From Candidatus Multivoradales bacterium (GTDB lineage: Bacteria; Acidobacteriota; Thermoanaerobaculia; Multivoradales; J023): a stretch of DNA of 64,000 nt. The DNA is taken from NCBI GenBank assembly GCA_965248925.1, contig CBDFLE010000006.1:1824001-1888000 (forward strand). The letters are read 5' to 3'. Below the pieces are notes generated by a model. That model searched no databases. It saw only the letters and a program-made list of their open reading frames with translations, and was not told the DNA's origin. Every line of letters begins with the position of its first letter. Positions within the stretch are counted from its first letter, which is position 1. Shown here piece after piece: positions 43,974 to 53,447 of this stretch. The translations under genes and the position numbers were made by a program.

Positions 43974-44798
43974 TCAGTGCTGACAGCCAGGGCAGTAAAA
44001 AGTGCTCCGGCCACCGATCACCAGGCGTTTGATCGGTCGACCGCAAGACGGACAAGGCCCCTTTTCACGACCATAGACCGCCAGCGACACTTGAAAGTAG
44101 CCAGCATTGCCACCACCATCGACAAAATCAGCCAGTGTGGTGCCCCCTTCTTCAATGGCTTGGCCGAGTACCGCTTGAACAGCCTCCGCGAGTCGCCCCC
44201 AAGTAGCCAGCGAGACTCTCCCTACCGAGCGCAGCGGATGCACTCCGGCGCGCCACAGGGACTCGGAGGCGTAGATGTTGCCCACCCCGACAACGATCCG
44301 ACCATTCATCAAGAAGCTCTTCATCGGCCCCCGCCGGCCGCGTGCCTGTGCGGCCAGATAGGCCCCGTCGAGCTCACCCGCGAGCGGCTCGACTCCAAGG
44401 TGGGCGAAGCTCGGATGCGCCGCAAGGCGCGCCGAAGGAGTGGCGAAGACCATGCCGAAGCGACGCGGATCGACCAACCGCAGTCGCTCCCCGCAATTGA
44501 AGTGAAAGGCCACATGCTCGTGACGCTCGACCGCGGTCGCTGCCGGCACCAGGGTGAGCTGTCCACTCATCCCCAAATGAACCACCAAGGTGCTATCGCC
44601 GGAAAAGTCGATCAGCAAATACTTCGCCCGCCGGCGAACCCCGGTCACCATCCGCCCCTCAGTGTGACGGCGCAGACTGCGCCGATCGAGAGGTTGGCGC
44701 AAACTAGGAAAGCGCACTTCTGCCCGCACCACCCGCCGGCCCGGCAGGCAAGGCAACAGACTGAGGCGCAGAACCTCGATCTCGGGCAATTCAGGCAT
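43974..44798 (-). CDS. mutM: Formamidopyrimidine-DNA glycosylase
   Basis: MPELPEIE, RRAKYL, HLGMSG, GVGNIYASE, C-terminal Zn finger CPSC..CPGCQ. Confidence 0.96.
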   Translation of the reverse strand: MPELPEIEVLRLSLLPCLPGRRVVRAEVRFPSLRQPLDRRSLRRHTEGRMVTGVRRRAKYLLIDFSGDSTLVVHLGMSGQLTLVPAATAVERHEHVAFHFNCGERLRLVDPRRFGMVFATPSARLAAHPSFAHLGVEPLAGELDGAYLAAQARGRRGPMKSFLMNGRIVVGVGNIYASESLWRAGVHPLRSVGRVSLATWGRLAEAVQAVLGQAIEEGGTTLADFVDGGGNAGYFQVSLAVYGREKGPCPSCGRPIKRLVIGGRSTFYCPGCQH

Positions 44799-44824
44799 AG
44801 GCGGTAGTGTAGCGTAAATTCTTC

Positions 44825-44854
44825 TTGACAGATGGCGTAAACATGGCGTAAGTT
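44825..44854 (+). promoter_or_regulatory. Promoter overlapped by an 11-bp-period direct repeat (candidate LexA-type operator)
   Basis: TTGACA-18-TAAGTT containing ATGGCGTAA-AC-ATGGCGTAA. Confidence 0.6.
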
Positions 44855-44865
44855 CCACCTAAGCC

Positions 44866-45600
44866 ATGAACGCAACGACGACATACTTTGCCCCGCCCAC
44901 CTTCCTCCCCGCCACCGGCCCAAGCCTCCCTTCGGGGTGGTTGCAAGGCTGGCGCGCCACTCCCTCGACCGCCAAAACCCGCCAGCGACGGCCTACTCTC
45001 GAACGGCATCTACGCAAGGCCTTGCGGCGCCGGCTGCCGATCAACCTCGGCACACCGGCGGAACCGTGGATACCGACCACTGAAGGTCTTGAGCAGGCCC
45101 GAATCCTGTTCGCCGACCTAAAGCCACTCGAAGGCCGCTTGTTGCGGATCACCACCGACTCGCCAGAGATCCTCGGCGAGCTTCCCACCCTCGAACTCCT
45201 CGATCAACGGCACGCCTTGGAAGTCTCTCTGCTGATTCCGAGCCTCTGTCCGAGGCGCGGCGAGCAGAACGGCGAACGCCAAGCTTGGCTCGATGATCGC
45301 TGGTCGGCAATACGCTGCTTGTCCGCCGCTGGCCTACTGACCCGCGTACTCATCCCGTGGTCTGTAGACCTCGACCATTCGGACCAGGTGGTGGAAGCCT
45401 CGTTTGCGGCTGCCCGCACCCACGGTGCCGAGGATGTCGTCGGTCTGCCACCGTGTTCAGGTGATTCCGATCGTCGCGGTTGGGCCGCCCTGCGGCGGCC
45501 AGCCGTGGCGGTTCCGGAACAAGCCCAGCAGTGGCTCCAATCCTGCCACCGGCTGAGGCTTCAATATGGTTTTCCGCGCGGTTTGCCCGGCCGCGGTTGA
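44866..45600 (+). CDS. Degenerate SplB/Rv2578c-like radical SAM homolog lacking the CxxxCxxC motif
   Basis: INLGTPAEPW, LRITTDSPEILGEL, DRWSAIRCLSAAGL, AAARTHGA resemble the family barrel; no Fe-S motif. Confidence 0.6.
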   Translation: MNATTTYFAPPTFLPATGPSLPSGWLQGWRATPSTAKTRQRRPTLERHLRKALRRRLPINLGTPAEPWIPTTEGLEQARILFADLKPLEGRLLRITTDSPEILGELPTLELLDQRHALEVSLLIPSLCPRRGEQNGERQAWLDDRWSAIRCLSAAGLLTRVLIPWSVDLDHSDQVVEASFAAARTHGAEDVVGLPPCSGDSDRRGWAALRRPAVAVPEQAQQWLQSCHRLRLQYGFPRGLPGRG

Positions 45601-45723
45601 AGGCTAGCAGCCCGTAGCAAAGGTCTCACTTCGGTCTGCTGCTCGGCAAATTCCCTAGCCAAGCTATCTCTGCATTCCCGACCTTGCTGACGCAAACAGA
45701 GAAAGGGTGATAATGCCATTCTC

Positions 45724-46290
45724 ATGGAGTCTTTCCGCGTCAAAGGGTCGACCATGCGCTATAAGGTCGACTACATTGAAACTTGTCTCGGCAAGGAGTC
45801 GGTCGAGAAGCTCGCGCAGCAATTCGAAGGTCGTGCCCTATTCCCGATCCTCGATGGCTCCTGGTACCCGGTCGACCTCTACAATGAGCTGTTGCGGCAA
45901 ACCGCCGAGATGTGCTTTGGCGGCGACATTCGCAAGCTGCGAGACCTGTCTGCTTCCTGGGCTCAGGAGTCTCTTTCCGGAGTCTACAAAGCCTTCGCTT
46001 GGGATCAACGACTCAGTGCTTTTCTAGAACGGCTGCCGCGCCTGCACAACCGAATGTTCACCCGCGGTCGGATCGTCATTGAAGAAAACCCGCTACCTGA
46101 TCGCTACAAGCTACTGTTGCTCGATGCCAGCCTTTACTTCGACGCCGCGCTCTACTCAGCCGCCGGTTTCTACATGGGAGCAGTCAGCTTTCTCGGCTTC
46201 GCCGGTACGACCTGCGAGTTCGTACGCCGCGGCAGTCGAGTAATCTTCACCCTCGACGCCCCGACGCCGGCCGGCCCGGCGAGCCCCTGA
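45724..46290 (+). CDS. Hypothetical protein, DUF2378/TIGR02265-like
   Basis: RVKGS N-terminus and GSWYP motif recalled from that family; 188 aa. Confidence 0.5.
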   Translation: MESFRVKGSTMRYKVDYIETCLGKESVEKLAQQFEGRALFPILDGSWYPVDLYNELLRQTAEMCFGGDIRKLRDLSASWAQESLSGVYKAFAWDQRLSAFLERLPRLHNRMFTRGRIVIEENPLPDRYKLLLLDASLYFDAALYSAAGFYMGAVSFLGFAGTTCEFVRRGSRVIFTLDAPTPAGPASP

Positions 46291-47782
46291 AACCCCTCGG
46301 GCCGCTTCGCCCAGGACCCCGCGAGCGACTGGCGGCTACACCACCAGCAATTCGCGCCAAGAGTTGCGCCACCGCGGCATCCGAGTCGCTGCTCTCTCCC
46401 TTGATCTTGAGTTCGGTATCGAGTACTCGCGCCGGCAAGTCTGCCGCGGCCGCGTGGCCAAGCCCGGATGCTGCCAAATAGGCACGGTGCAGAGGAAAGA
46501 CCTTCATCCTAGCCAGAGGATTCTTCGCGCCACCAGGTAAAGCCTGTTGCAGGTTGGGCGCCAACGCACTCTGGAAACGCCCAAAGTGAGTCTCGCCGGG
46601 GCCCACTCGAGCTGCCCGCATCATGCCCGCCGTGGCGGTAAGCTGACGGCAAAAGCCGGCCAGCAGGCTAAAGAAAGACAACCTTGCGGCCATCGCATCG
46701 TCGGCCCCGATGATCAGCCGTCGATAGCGCGACATAGCCTCCCCCGCGCGACCCGAGCCCACAGCATCGATAATCTTCCACACATCCTCGTCACCACGAT
46801 CTTGGACCGTGGCCTCAACTTGTGTCTTGCTGATCGGTAGATCCCCAGCCAGCTCCGCCAATTTGCGATACTCGGCGGCGAAACGAGCGGTCGAGTCGGC
46901 TTCGACCCGCCTCGCCCTGAAATCTCCGACTTGGCGCAGCGTCCGGCGAGTGAGCTCGGCCAAAGCGTCACGGTCGATAGCGTTTCCGGTTTCACTACGC
47001 AAACCTTCCACCAGCTGCTCGACTCCCTCTAAACGACCTCGGTTACCGACTTCGACCCGGCCCACCGACACCGCGGCCTGACTCTTGACTAGCGCTTCCA
47101 CCAATGGATGATCTGTCGCCACGGAATGCTCCGCTAGGACCAGAGCGTGGCCCTCCGGCAGCCCTTTTTGCAACATGCCACCGAGTTCAGCCAAGTCTCC
47201 CTCAGCAAAACCCTGCAATCCGGCCGCTCGCGCACCCTCGAGCAACCGCGCCAGACCTTCGCGCAAATCAGCCACCTGACGCTTTCCTCGCGGTCGGTTG
47301 CGGTGTCGCTTGCGCCTCGCCTGCCCGCCCTCGAAAGCCCATTTGGGCAAGCTCTCGAGAACTTCTTCTGCGGTACCAACCTTGGGGTCGACGCCAAAAA
47401 TCCGGATCGCCTGCAACAGGCGAGAGGCAGCCTCCCGTTCAGCCCCATCGAGTTCAGCGCCAGCGTCTGACGGCAAACCCTCCTCGGCCTGATCGACTAG
47501 ATCGGCGGCGGCTCGCCGGTCGCTAAACTGAGCAGTGTCGACAACCAGGAGCACTTTGGCACTGGCGAAGAGGGAGAAGGTCTTCAGGTCGGCGAGCAGG
47601 TCAATCAGCGCCGCCGGCCGGCGGTGAGTTTCAATATCGCAACCAGCCCGCGCGGCCAGTGCCTCGGCCAGGCGCCTGGCGGCGGGCTCAGCGAGAACCA
47701 GGTCGCCGCCCACCAGATACAAGGGTTGCACCTTGCCGTTGGCAATCTCTTTCAGGATGGAATCAACAGTAGGGCGTGCCAT
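46247..47782 (-). CDS. holA: DNA polymerase III delta subunit-like protein (extended)
   Basis: PLYLVGGD, LKTFSLFASAKVLLV, EYRKLA, EDVWKIIDAV, LDTELKIKG. Confidence 0.7.
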   Translation of the reverse strand: MARPTVDSILKEIANGKVQPLYLVGGDLVLAEPAARRLAEALAARAGCDIETHRRPAALIDLLADLKTFSLFASAKVLLVVDTAQFSDRRAAADLVDQAEEGLPSDAGAELDGAEREAASRLLQAIRIFGVDPKVGTAEEVLESLPKWAFEGGQARRKRHRNRPRGKRQVADLREGLARLLEGARAAGLQGFAEGDLAELGGMLQKGLPEGHALVLAEHSVATDHPLVEALVKSQAAVSVGRVEVGNRGRLEGVEQLVEGLRSETGNAIDRDALAELTRRTLRQVGDFRARRVEADSTARFAAEYRKLAELAGDLPISKTQVEATVQDRGDEDVWKIIDAVGSGRAGEAMSRYRRLIIGADDAMAARLSFFSLLAGFCRQLTATAGMMRAARVGPGETHFGRFQSALAPNLQQALPGGAKNPLARMKVFPLHRAYLAASGLGHAAAADLPARVLDTELKIKGESSDSDAAVAQLLARIAGGVAASRSRGPGRSGPRGFRGSPGRPASGRRG

Positions 47783-47829
47783 GGCGGCAATCTACCGCTG
47801 CGGCGAAAACTTGTCTATCAGCGGCTCAG

Positions 47830-49269
47830 TCAAGCGATCTCGATCCGGTCTTCAGCACTGCCCCGGCCGCCACTCGGGCGTTCATCTGGGCCGCCATAGC
47901 CGCCCCAGAAAGCGGGCTCGCGCAACCCCAGCTCGGCCGCCGAGAGCTGCTCGGCCCGCAGATCGAAGTCGATCGAACTCCAGGTGCCACAGTGCTCGCA
48001 ACGGTCACTCCATTCGTGATGCCGGCTGTCGCAAGCGGCGCAGAGGAAGGCCGCGGTGGGGACACCCTGACGTTGGACGCAGGTCTGCAAACTAGCCAAC
48101 GCCTGGCTGGTGTCGCCACGCCGTTGATAGAGGCGCCCAAGCAAGTAGTGGTAGGTCGGCGAGCCATCCAGCGCTTCGCTGAGATCTTCCAGCACCTTGA
48201 GCGCTTTTTCAGGCATCTCCAGGCGATAGTAAAGCCGACCGAGGTAGAAGCGTGGCAGCAGGTCGCTACCGCTGGCGGCGATCAGCCGCCGCAGGGTTTC
48301 GATTCCCCGCGCCGGATCCCCACTTTCGATGAAGTAGTCTTCGAGGCGTTCAAGAAAGATCGGGCTGTGGGTGGCTCGGAAACCGCTGCGCCAGGCGTCA
48401 ATGGCGCCATCCCCATCCTCTTGCAGCAGCTCGGCCTCGCCCAGCATGATGCCCGCCGGTATGAAACGGGGCTCTTCACGCAACAGCTTGCGAAAAGCCT
48501 GCGAAGCCTCCCGCGAGCGGTCCTTCTCCAGCAGCTCCACCCCCCGCTGATAGGCCAGGCCGATAGTGATTTGGGACTGGCGGTCGAGGCTCTCTCGACC
48601 CGCATCGCGGAGGAAGGTCTCAATCCTCTCCTGCCAGCGAGTGGCGTTTTCCCAGTCGCGCTCGACCAATGCCAGGTCACGCCAACGGCGCATCACTTGC
48701 AAGCCGTGATCGGGAAAATCGCGCAAGATCCGGTTGTGGATCTCCCGCGCCACCGGTGCTTCGCCGCGAGCCTCGTAGTCCTCGGCCAATTGGTAGAGCA
48801 GCGAGACTGAGTGAGGGTAAAGCACGGAAGCTCGGCGATGGATTTCTAACGCTTCGTCGAGCTTGCCTTGATTGCGCAGCACTTCGCCATAGCGAATCAG
48901 GGTCGAGAAGTCTTCCGGCCGATCGGTGAGCAGGATCTCGAGTTCGGTCGCTGCCTTGGTCCACTGGCCATCGACATGAAAATCGACCGCGCGCCGGAAT
49001 CGATGTCCCAAGCTGGCGGCCTCGCGGCGCGCGCGGCGCGCGCGGCGGCGCGAGAGATCTTGTTTCAGGGACTGCAAGTAGAGAGCGGTAACGCTAGGCA
49101 GGAAACCTACCAACAACAGGCCGAGAAAAGCGACCCAGGCCGGGACGCTGAGCCGCGAAGAGAGTTCAAAGGGAGTGGTCAGCAACTCGCGATTCAACGA
49201 AGCGAGAAAAGCCACCACGACCATCACCAGCAGGCCGCAGAGGAAACCGATGTAAGTTCTCGATCTCAT
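47830..49269 (-). CDS. TPR protein, LapA-like N-terminus + LapB-like TPR/rubredoxin domains
   Basis: Two N-terminal TMs, multiple TPRs, C-terminal FLCAAC..WSDRCEHCGTWSSI. Confidence 0.78.
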   Translation of the reverse strand: MRSRTYIGFLCGLLVMVVVAFLASLNRELLTTPFELSSRLSVPAWVAFLGLLLVGFLPSVTALYLQSLKQDLSRRRARRARREAASLGHRFRRAVDFHVDGQWTKAATELEILLTDRPEDFSTLIRYGEVLRNQGKLDEALEIHRRASVLYPHSVSLLYQLAEDYEARGEAPVAREIHNRILRDFPDHGLQVMRRWRDLALVERDWENATRWQERIETFLRDAGRESLDRQSQITIGLAYQRGVELLEKDRSREASQAFRKLLREEPRFIPAGIMLGEAELLQEDGDGAIDAWRSGFRATHSPIFLERLEDYFIESGDPARGIETLRRLIAASGSDLLPRFYLGRLYYRLEMPEKALKVLEDLSEALDGSPTYHYLLGRLYQRRGDTSQALASLQTCVQRQGVPTAAFLCAACDSRHHEWSDRCEHCGTWSSIDFDLRAEQLSAAELGLREPAFWGGYGGPDERPSGGRGSAEDRIEIA

Positions 49270-49364
49270 CGCTCCACACCTCCGGGGCACCCCAATCGGG
49301 GGTCTATCGCTTGCCGCAAAACCCTGCTCCTCGCCTACCCACGGACTCCGCGGCGGCGCGGAAC

Positions 49365-49757
49365 TCAGTCCTCAAGCAGGCCCTTCTCTTCCATTTTCTG
49401 ACACTCGATACAGTAACGCGCCCAAGGCACCGCGTCCAACCGCGGCTTGCCGATCGACGAGCCACAGTGGGCACATTGGCCAAAATCGCTTCGCTCCAAC
49501 CGTTCGAGAGCTGCCTCTACTTGCAGTAACATGCCCCGTTCCGTAGCGGAGAGCGAGAACATCAACTCGCGGTGATAGGAGTTATTGGCCCGATCGGCAA
49601 AGTCATCCGAGCTGACATCACTCGTTTCCTTGCCGGCCCGAATATCATGCTCGTAGAAGCTGAGTAACTCGCTACGCTTATCGTCCAGGCTCTCGCGCAG
49701 GGCTGCTAGATCCGAAGCGTCTTGACGCTTGACAACCTGAACTTTCGAGTTTCGCAT
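49365..49757 (-). CDS. TraR/DksA family transcription factor
   Basis: DFADRA coiled-coil tip; CAHCG..RLDAVPWARYCIECQ zinc finger. Confidence 0.92.
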   Translation of the reverse strand: MRNSKVQVVKRQDASDLAALRESLDDKRSELLSFYEHDIRAGKETSDVSSDDFADRANNSYHRELMFSLSATERGMLLQVEAALERLERSDFGQCAHCGSSIGKPRLDAVPWARYCIECQKMEEKGLLED

Positions 49758-49864
49758 GGCTATCCCCTCAAAGTTCGAGCAGCCGGCTGTTGGTAACCAG
49801 CTGGAGATCCGAGGGATTGGCGCCTCGAGTAGTGGGAAATCCCCAGGGCACGCCGTCGACAAGA

Positions 49865-50341
49865 TCAAACCGGTTGGCGATGGTAATTTATTCCGCGGCG
49901 AATCGAAGTTGCTCGATAGAGCTGTTCGTAGAGCACCAAGCGAGCCAGTTCATGGCCGAAGGTCATCGGCCCGAAAGAGAGCCTCTCACGGCAACTGGCG
50001 AGCAGTCGCTGATCCAAGCCAAGATCTGAACCGATGAGGAACGCGACGGGGTGAGGCCAACGATCACGCAAAGCGCCCAGGTGCTCAGCAAACTGTTCTG
50101 AGGAACGACTTCGGGCCCGAGGATCGAGGGCGATCGGCCAACAGGGCTCGGGCAGGGCATCGAGCAGGGCTTTGCCTTCCAACTCCAGACGGGCGGCATT
50201 GCGACCACTGACGCGAGCGCGCACCGGAACCTCGCGCACCGGAACCTCGCGCTCGATTCGCCGCCGGTACTCAGCGCACAGCTCGTCCCACGGCGGCCGC
50301 TGATGGCGCCCTGCCCAGACGATCAAGATCTCCCGACCCAA
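49865..50341 (-). CDS. rlmH: 23S rRNA (m3Psi1915) methyltransferase
   Basis: FLIGSDLG, LSFGPMTFGHELARLVLYEQLYRA..YHR. Confidence 0.93.
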   Translation of the reverse strand: MGREILIVWAGRHQRPPWDELCAEYRRRIEREVPVREVPVRARVSGRNAARLELEGKALLDALPEPCWPIALDPRARSRSSEQFAEHLGALRDRWPHPVAFLIGSDLGLDQRLLASCRERLSFGPMTFGHELARLVLYEQLYRATSIRRGINYHRQPV

Positions 50342-50356
50342 GGGCTTCTCGACCGC

Positions 50357-50914
50357 TCAGCCGACGGCGGCGGGTTCTTCGTCGTCGGTGGTCAGGTAGC
50401 GCTCCCACTCTTCGGTGAAGCACAGAGAGCGCAAATCCCGCATCCGGTCGAGGAAGACGATGCCGTTCAGGTGGTCAAACTCATGCTGCACGATCCGCGC
50501 TTCGTAGCCGTCGAGGCGCAGCTTCAGCGATTGTCCTTGGCGATCCAGGGCATGAACCTGGACTTGCGGGTGGCGCGGCACTAGACCCCGCATATCTGGA
50601 ATCGACAGGCAGCCCTCCCAATCGTAGGCCAACTCGCCGGCCAGTGGCTCGAGCATCGGGTTGACCAGCACCTTACGGCTGGGAGGCGGGGCGTCGTCAG
50701 CGGCCTCCGGATCCACCGCCAGATAGACAAAGAGCTGCAACCCAAGTCCTACTTGAGTCGCCGCCAGCCCGACACCGCTGGCGTCTTCCATGGTGTCGAA
50801 CAAATCGTCGATCAAGGCCTGCATCTCTTCGCCGCCGAGGATCGACGGGTCGACCGCCTCTGCTGGAATGCGCAGGGCAGGATGTCCAAGGCGAACAATT
50901 GGGCGAATGGCCAT
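50357..50914 (-). CDS. def: Peptide deformylase
   Basis: GVGLAATQVG, EGCLSIP, QHEFDHLNG. Confidence 0.96.
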   Translation of the reverse strand: MAIRPIVRLGHPALRIPAEAVDPSILGGEEMQALIDDLFDTMEDASGVGLAATQVGLGLQLFVYLAVDPEAADDAPPPSRKVLVNPMLEPLAGELAYDWEGCLSIPDMRGLVPRHPQVQVHALDRQGQSLKLRLDGYEARIVQHEFDHLNGIVFLDRMRDLRSLCFTEEWERYLTTDDEEPAAVG

Positions 50915-50994
50915 CAGTCAGCGTCTCCTGCCGCACATTCTACACCGCCGGGCGGCGCGCGTCGGAGGCCTTTGGCGTGATATCCTGCGCCGTC

Positions 50995-51990
50995 ATGGCT
51001 GCCCAGACACGCGAAGAAGAACACCGCAAGCGACGCCGCAAGCGTTTGATTCGAGGGCTCCTGATGGGGAGCGCGGCCATCGGCGTACCGGCCTTGGCCA
51101 ACCTTCTTGTGCGGCGGCGCGCTCGGCAGTTGCCGGCAGCCACCTGGGGCAGCGGTGATCGCTATGCTTGGCGTCACGGCGAGGTTGTCTTCCAGCGCCT
51201 CGGCGATGGCAAACCGCTCTTGCTGCTGCACTCCCTGGGACCGGGTCACAGCTCTGCCGAGTGGCGCCGATCCGCTGAGTTATTGGCTGAGAATCACCAA
51301 GTATTCGCTCTCGATCTACTGGGTTGGGGCGACTCCAGCAAGCCGGCAATTGCTTACGACGACGAACTCTACATCCACCTACTGACCGACTTCTTGGCCG
51401 ACGTGGTGGGTGGACGAGCCGCCATTGCGGCTGCTGGTCTGCCAACAGCCTATGCCCTCCAGCTGGCGGTGGATCGCCCGGAGCTGGTGCGCTGCCTGGC
51501 CCTGGTGGTACCGCAAGGCATCGAGCTGCACAGCGACGAACCCGACCTCAAAGACGCGGTGGTGCATCGCCTGTTGCGGCTGCCAATACTCGGTACCTCG
51601 GCAATGAACCTCTACACCAGCCGCTCAGGCATCGCCTCCTATCTGCGCCGCGAAGTTTACGGCTCACCGGTATTGGTCAACGAAGCTCTGATCGACCAGC
51701 ATTACCGCACCAGCCACGAGGACGGCGCAGCGGCGCCGCTTGCCGCCTTGCTCAGCGGCTATCTGAATCACAGCGTCCGCACCGTGCTGAGACGGGTGGA
51801 ACAACCCGTGTGGCTAGCTTGGGGTCGGCGCGCCGTCAGTCCGCCGGTGGAGTCCGCCGATCTCTGGCTGCGCCAGCTGGCCAACGCCGACCTTGACGTC
51901 TTCGAGCGTTGCGGCACCCTGCCTCACGCCGAGTCCCCCGAAGAATTCAGCCGCAAACTTGATAGCTTCCTCGGCGAGCCAACCAGCTGA
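50995..51990 (+). CDS. Membrane-anchored alpha/beta-hydrolase-fold protein (nucleophile Ser apparently absent)
   Basis: PLLLLHS, DLLGWGDS, AAAGLP at the GxSxG position, LPHAE. Confidence 0.82.
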   Translation: MAAQTREEEHRKRRRKRLIRGLLMGSAAIGVPALANLLVRRRARQLPAATWGSGDRYAWRHGEVVFQRLGDGKPLLLLHSLGPGHSSAEWRRSAELLAENHQVFALDLLGWGDSSKPAIAYDDELYIHLLTDFLADVVGGRAAIAAAGLPTAYALQLAVDRPELVRCLALVVPQGIELHSDEPDLKDAVVHRLLRLPILGTSAMNLYTSRSGIASYLRREVYGSPVLVNEALIDQHYRTSHEDGAAAPLAALLSGYLNHSVRTVLRRVEQPVWLAWGRRAVSPPVESADLWLRQLANADLDVFERCGTLPHAESPEEFSRKLDSFLGEPTS

Positions 51991-52051
51991 GCGGCGCAAG
52001 GCCTTTCCATCGACCCTTCCCCCAACCCGCAGTTTCAGGAGTGACGACCCC

Positions 52052-53410
52052 ATGGCCGGCATTTTCAAGGCATACGACGTCCGCGGTACCTACCCGGACC
52101 AGCTCGACGAAACCACCGCCTACAAGATCGGGCGAGCCTTTCCCAACTTGCTAACCGACGAGGATTTCGTCCACGGTCGCTCGGTGGTGGTCGGCCACGA
52201 CATGCGCTCGCACAGCAAGCCCCTCACCGCCGAGTTGATCCGCGGTCTGTCCGAGGCCGGCCTCGACGTCATCGATATCGGCTTGGCGACCACGCCGATG
52301 GGCTACTACGCCGTCGGCCATTTGCAGGCAGCTGGCGGCATCCAAGTTACCGCCAGCCACAACCCGGCGGCTTACAACGGCTTCAAACTCAGCCGCCACG
52401 GTGCCCGGCCGGTCTCAGGCGACCACGGTCTGCCACTGCTCGAAGAGAAGGTCAAGGCTGGCGACACGGCGGCTGCGGACACCGCGGGCAAGATCCAACA
52501 ACACGATATTGGCCCAGCCTACGCCAAGCACCTACGCAGCTTCCTGCGCCGACCCGACAAGGCCCGTCGGCTGAAGGTGGTGGTGGACGCCGCCAACGGC
52601 ATGGGGGTGCTCTACCGCAAGCTATTGGAGAGCGCCGGTATCGAGCTGGTGCCGCTCTACTTCGAACTTGATGGCAGCTTTCCGAATCACGAGGCTAATC
52701 CACTCAAGCTGGCCAACCTACGCGACCTGCAAGCTGAAGTGCTACGGGTCGGCGCCGATCTTGGAGTCAGCTTCGATGGCGATGCCGACCGCGCTGCCTT
52801 CGTCGACGAGCGCGGCCAGCCAGTGGGCTCGGACCTCTCAACAGCGTTGATCGCTGGCGAGATTCTGCTGCGCGAGCCCGGCAAGGCCATCGTCTACGAC
52901 CTACGTTCCTCGCGCGCCGTGGCCGAGCACATCGAAACCCATGGCGGCCGGCCGATTCGCGAACGGGTCGGCCATTCGTTCATCAAGGCGACCTTGCGCG
53001 AGAATAACGGCATCTTCGGCGGCGAACTCGCCGGCCACTACTACTTCCGCGATCACTACACCGCCGACTGCTCACTGATGGCGGTATTCGAGATTTTCAA
53101 CCTACTGTGGAAATCGGGCCGTTCGATGTCCCAGTTGGTCGCGCCCTTGCTGCGTTACGCAAAAAGCCCAGAAATCAACTTCGAGGTGGTGGACAAGGCG
53201 GGCAAGATCGAGGAATTGGCCAGGCGCTACGCGGACGGCGAGATCGACTATCTCGACGGCATCACCGTGCAGTACCCGAGCTGGTGGTTCAACGTCCGCC
53301 CATCGAACACCGAGAACTACCTGCGGCTGGTCGCCGAAGCGGCCGACGACCGCGAACTGCAAGAGAAGCTGGCACAGCTGATGGAGTTGCTCGGCGAACC
53401 GGCAGACTGA
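52052..53410 (+). CDS. Phosphomannomutase/phosphoglucomutase
   Basis: IFKAYDVRG, TASHNP, FDGDADR, GGELAGH, RPSNTE. Confidence 0.95.
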   Translation: MAGIFKAYDVRGTYPDQLDETTAYKIGRAFPNLLTDEDFVHGRSVVVGHDMRSHSKPLTAELIRGLSEAGLDVIDIGLATTPMGYYAVGHLQAAGGIQVTASHNPAAYNGFKLSRHGARPVSGDHGLPLLEEKVKAGDTAAADTAGKIQQHDIGPAYAKHLRSFLRRPDKARRLKVVVDAANGMGVLYRKLLESAGIELVPLYFELDGSFPNHEANPLKLANLRDLQAEVLRVGADLGVSFDGDADRAAFVDERGQPVGSDLSTALIAGEILLREPGKAIVYDLRSSRAVAEHIETHGGRPIRERVGHSFIKATLRENNGIFGGELAGHYYFRDHYTADCSLMAVFEIFNLLWKSGRSMSQLVAPLLRYAKSPEINFEVVDKAGKIEELARRYADGEIDYLDGITVQYPSWWFNVRPSNTENYLRLVAEAADDRELQEKLAQLMELLGEPAD

Positions 53411-53447
53411 TCCCCACGAGATCCCTCCGCCGATCCACGGCGTCAGG

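Noticed and set aside
43830-44807. 325-aa ORF antisense to mutM, and similarly 47776-48810 and 39148-40065
   Set aside because: Antisense to well-supported genes, with no domain motifs
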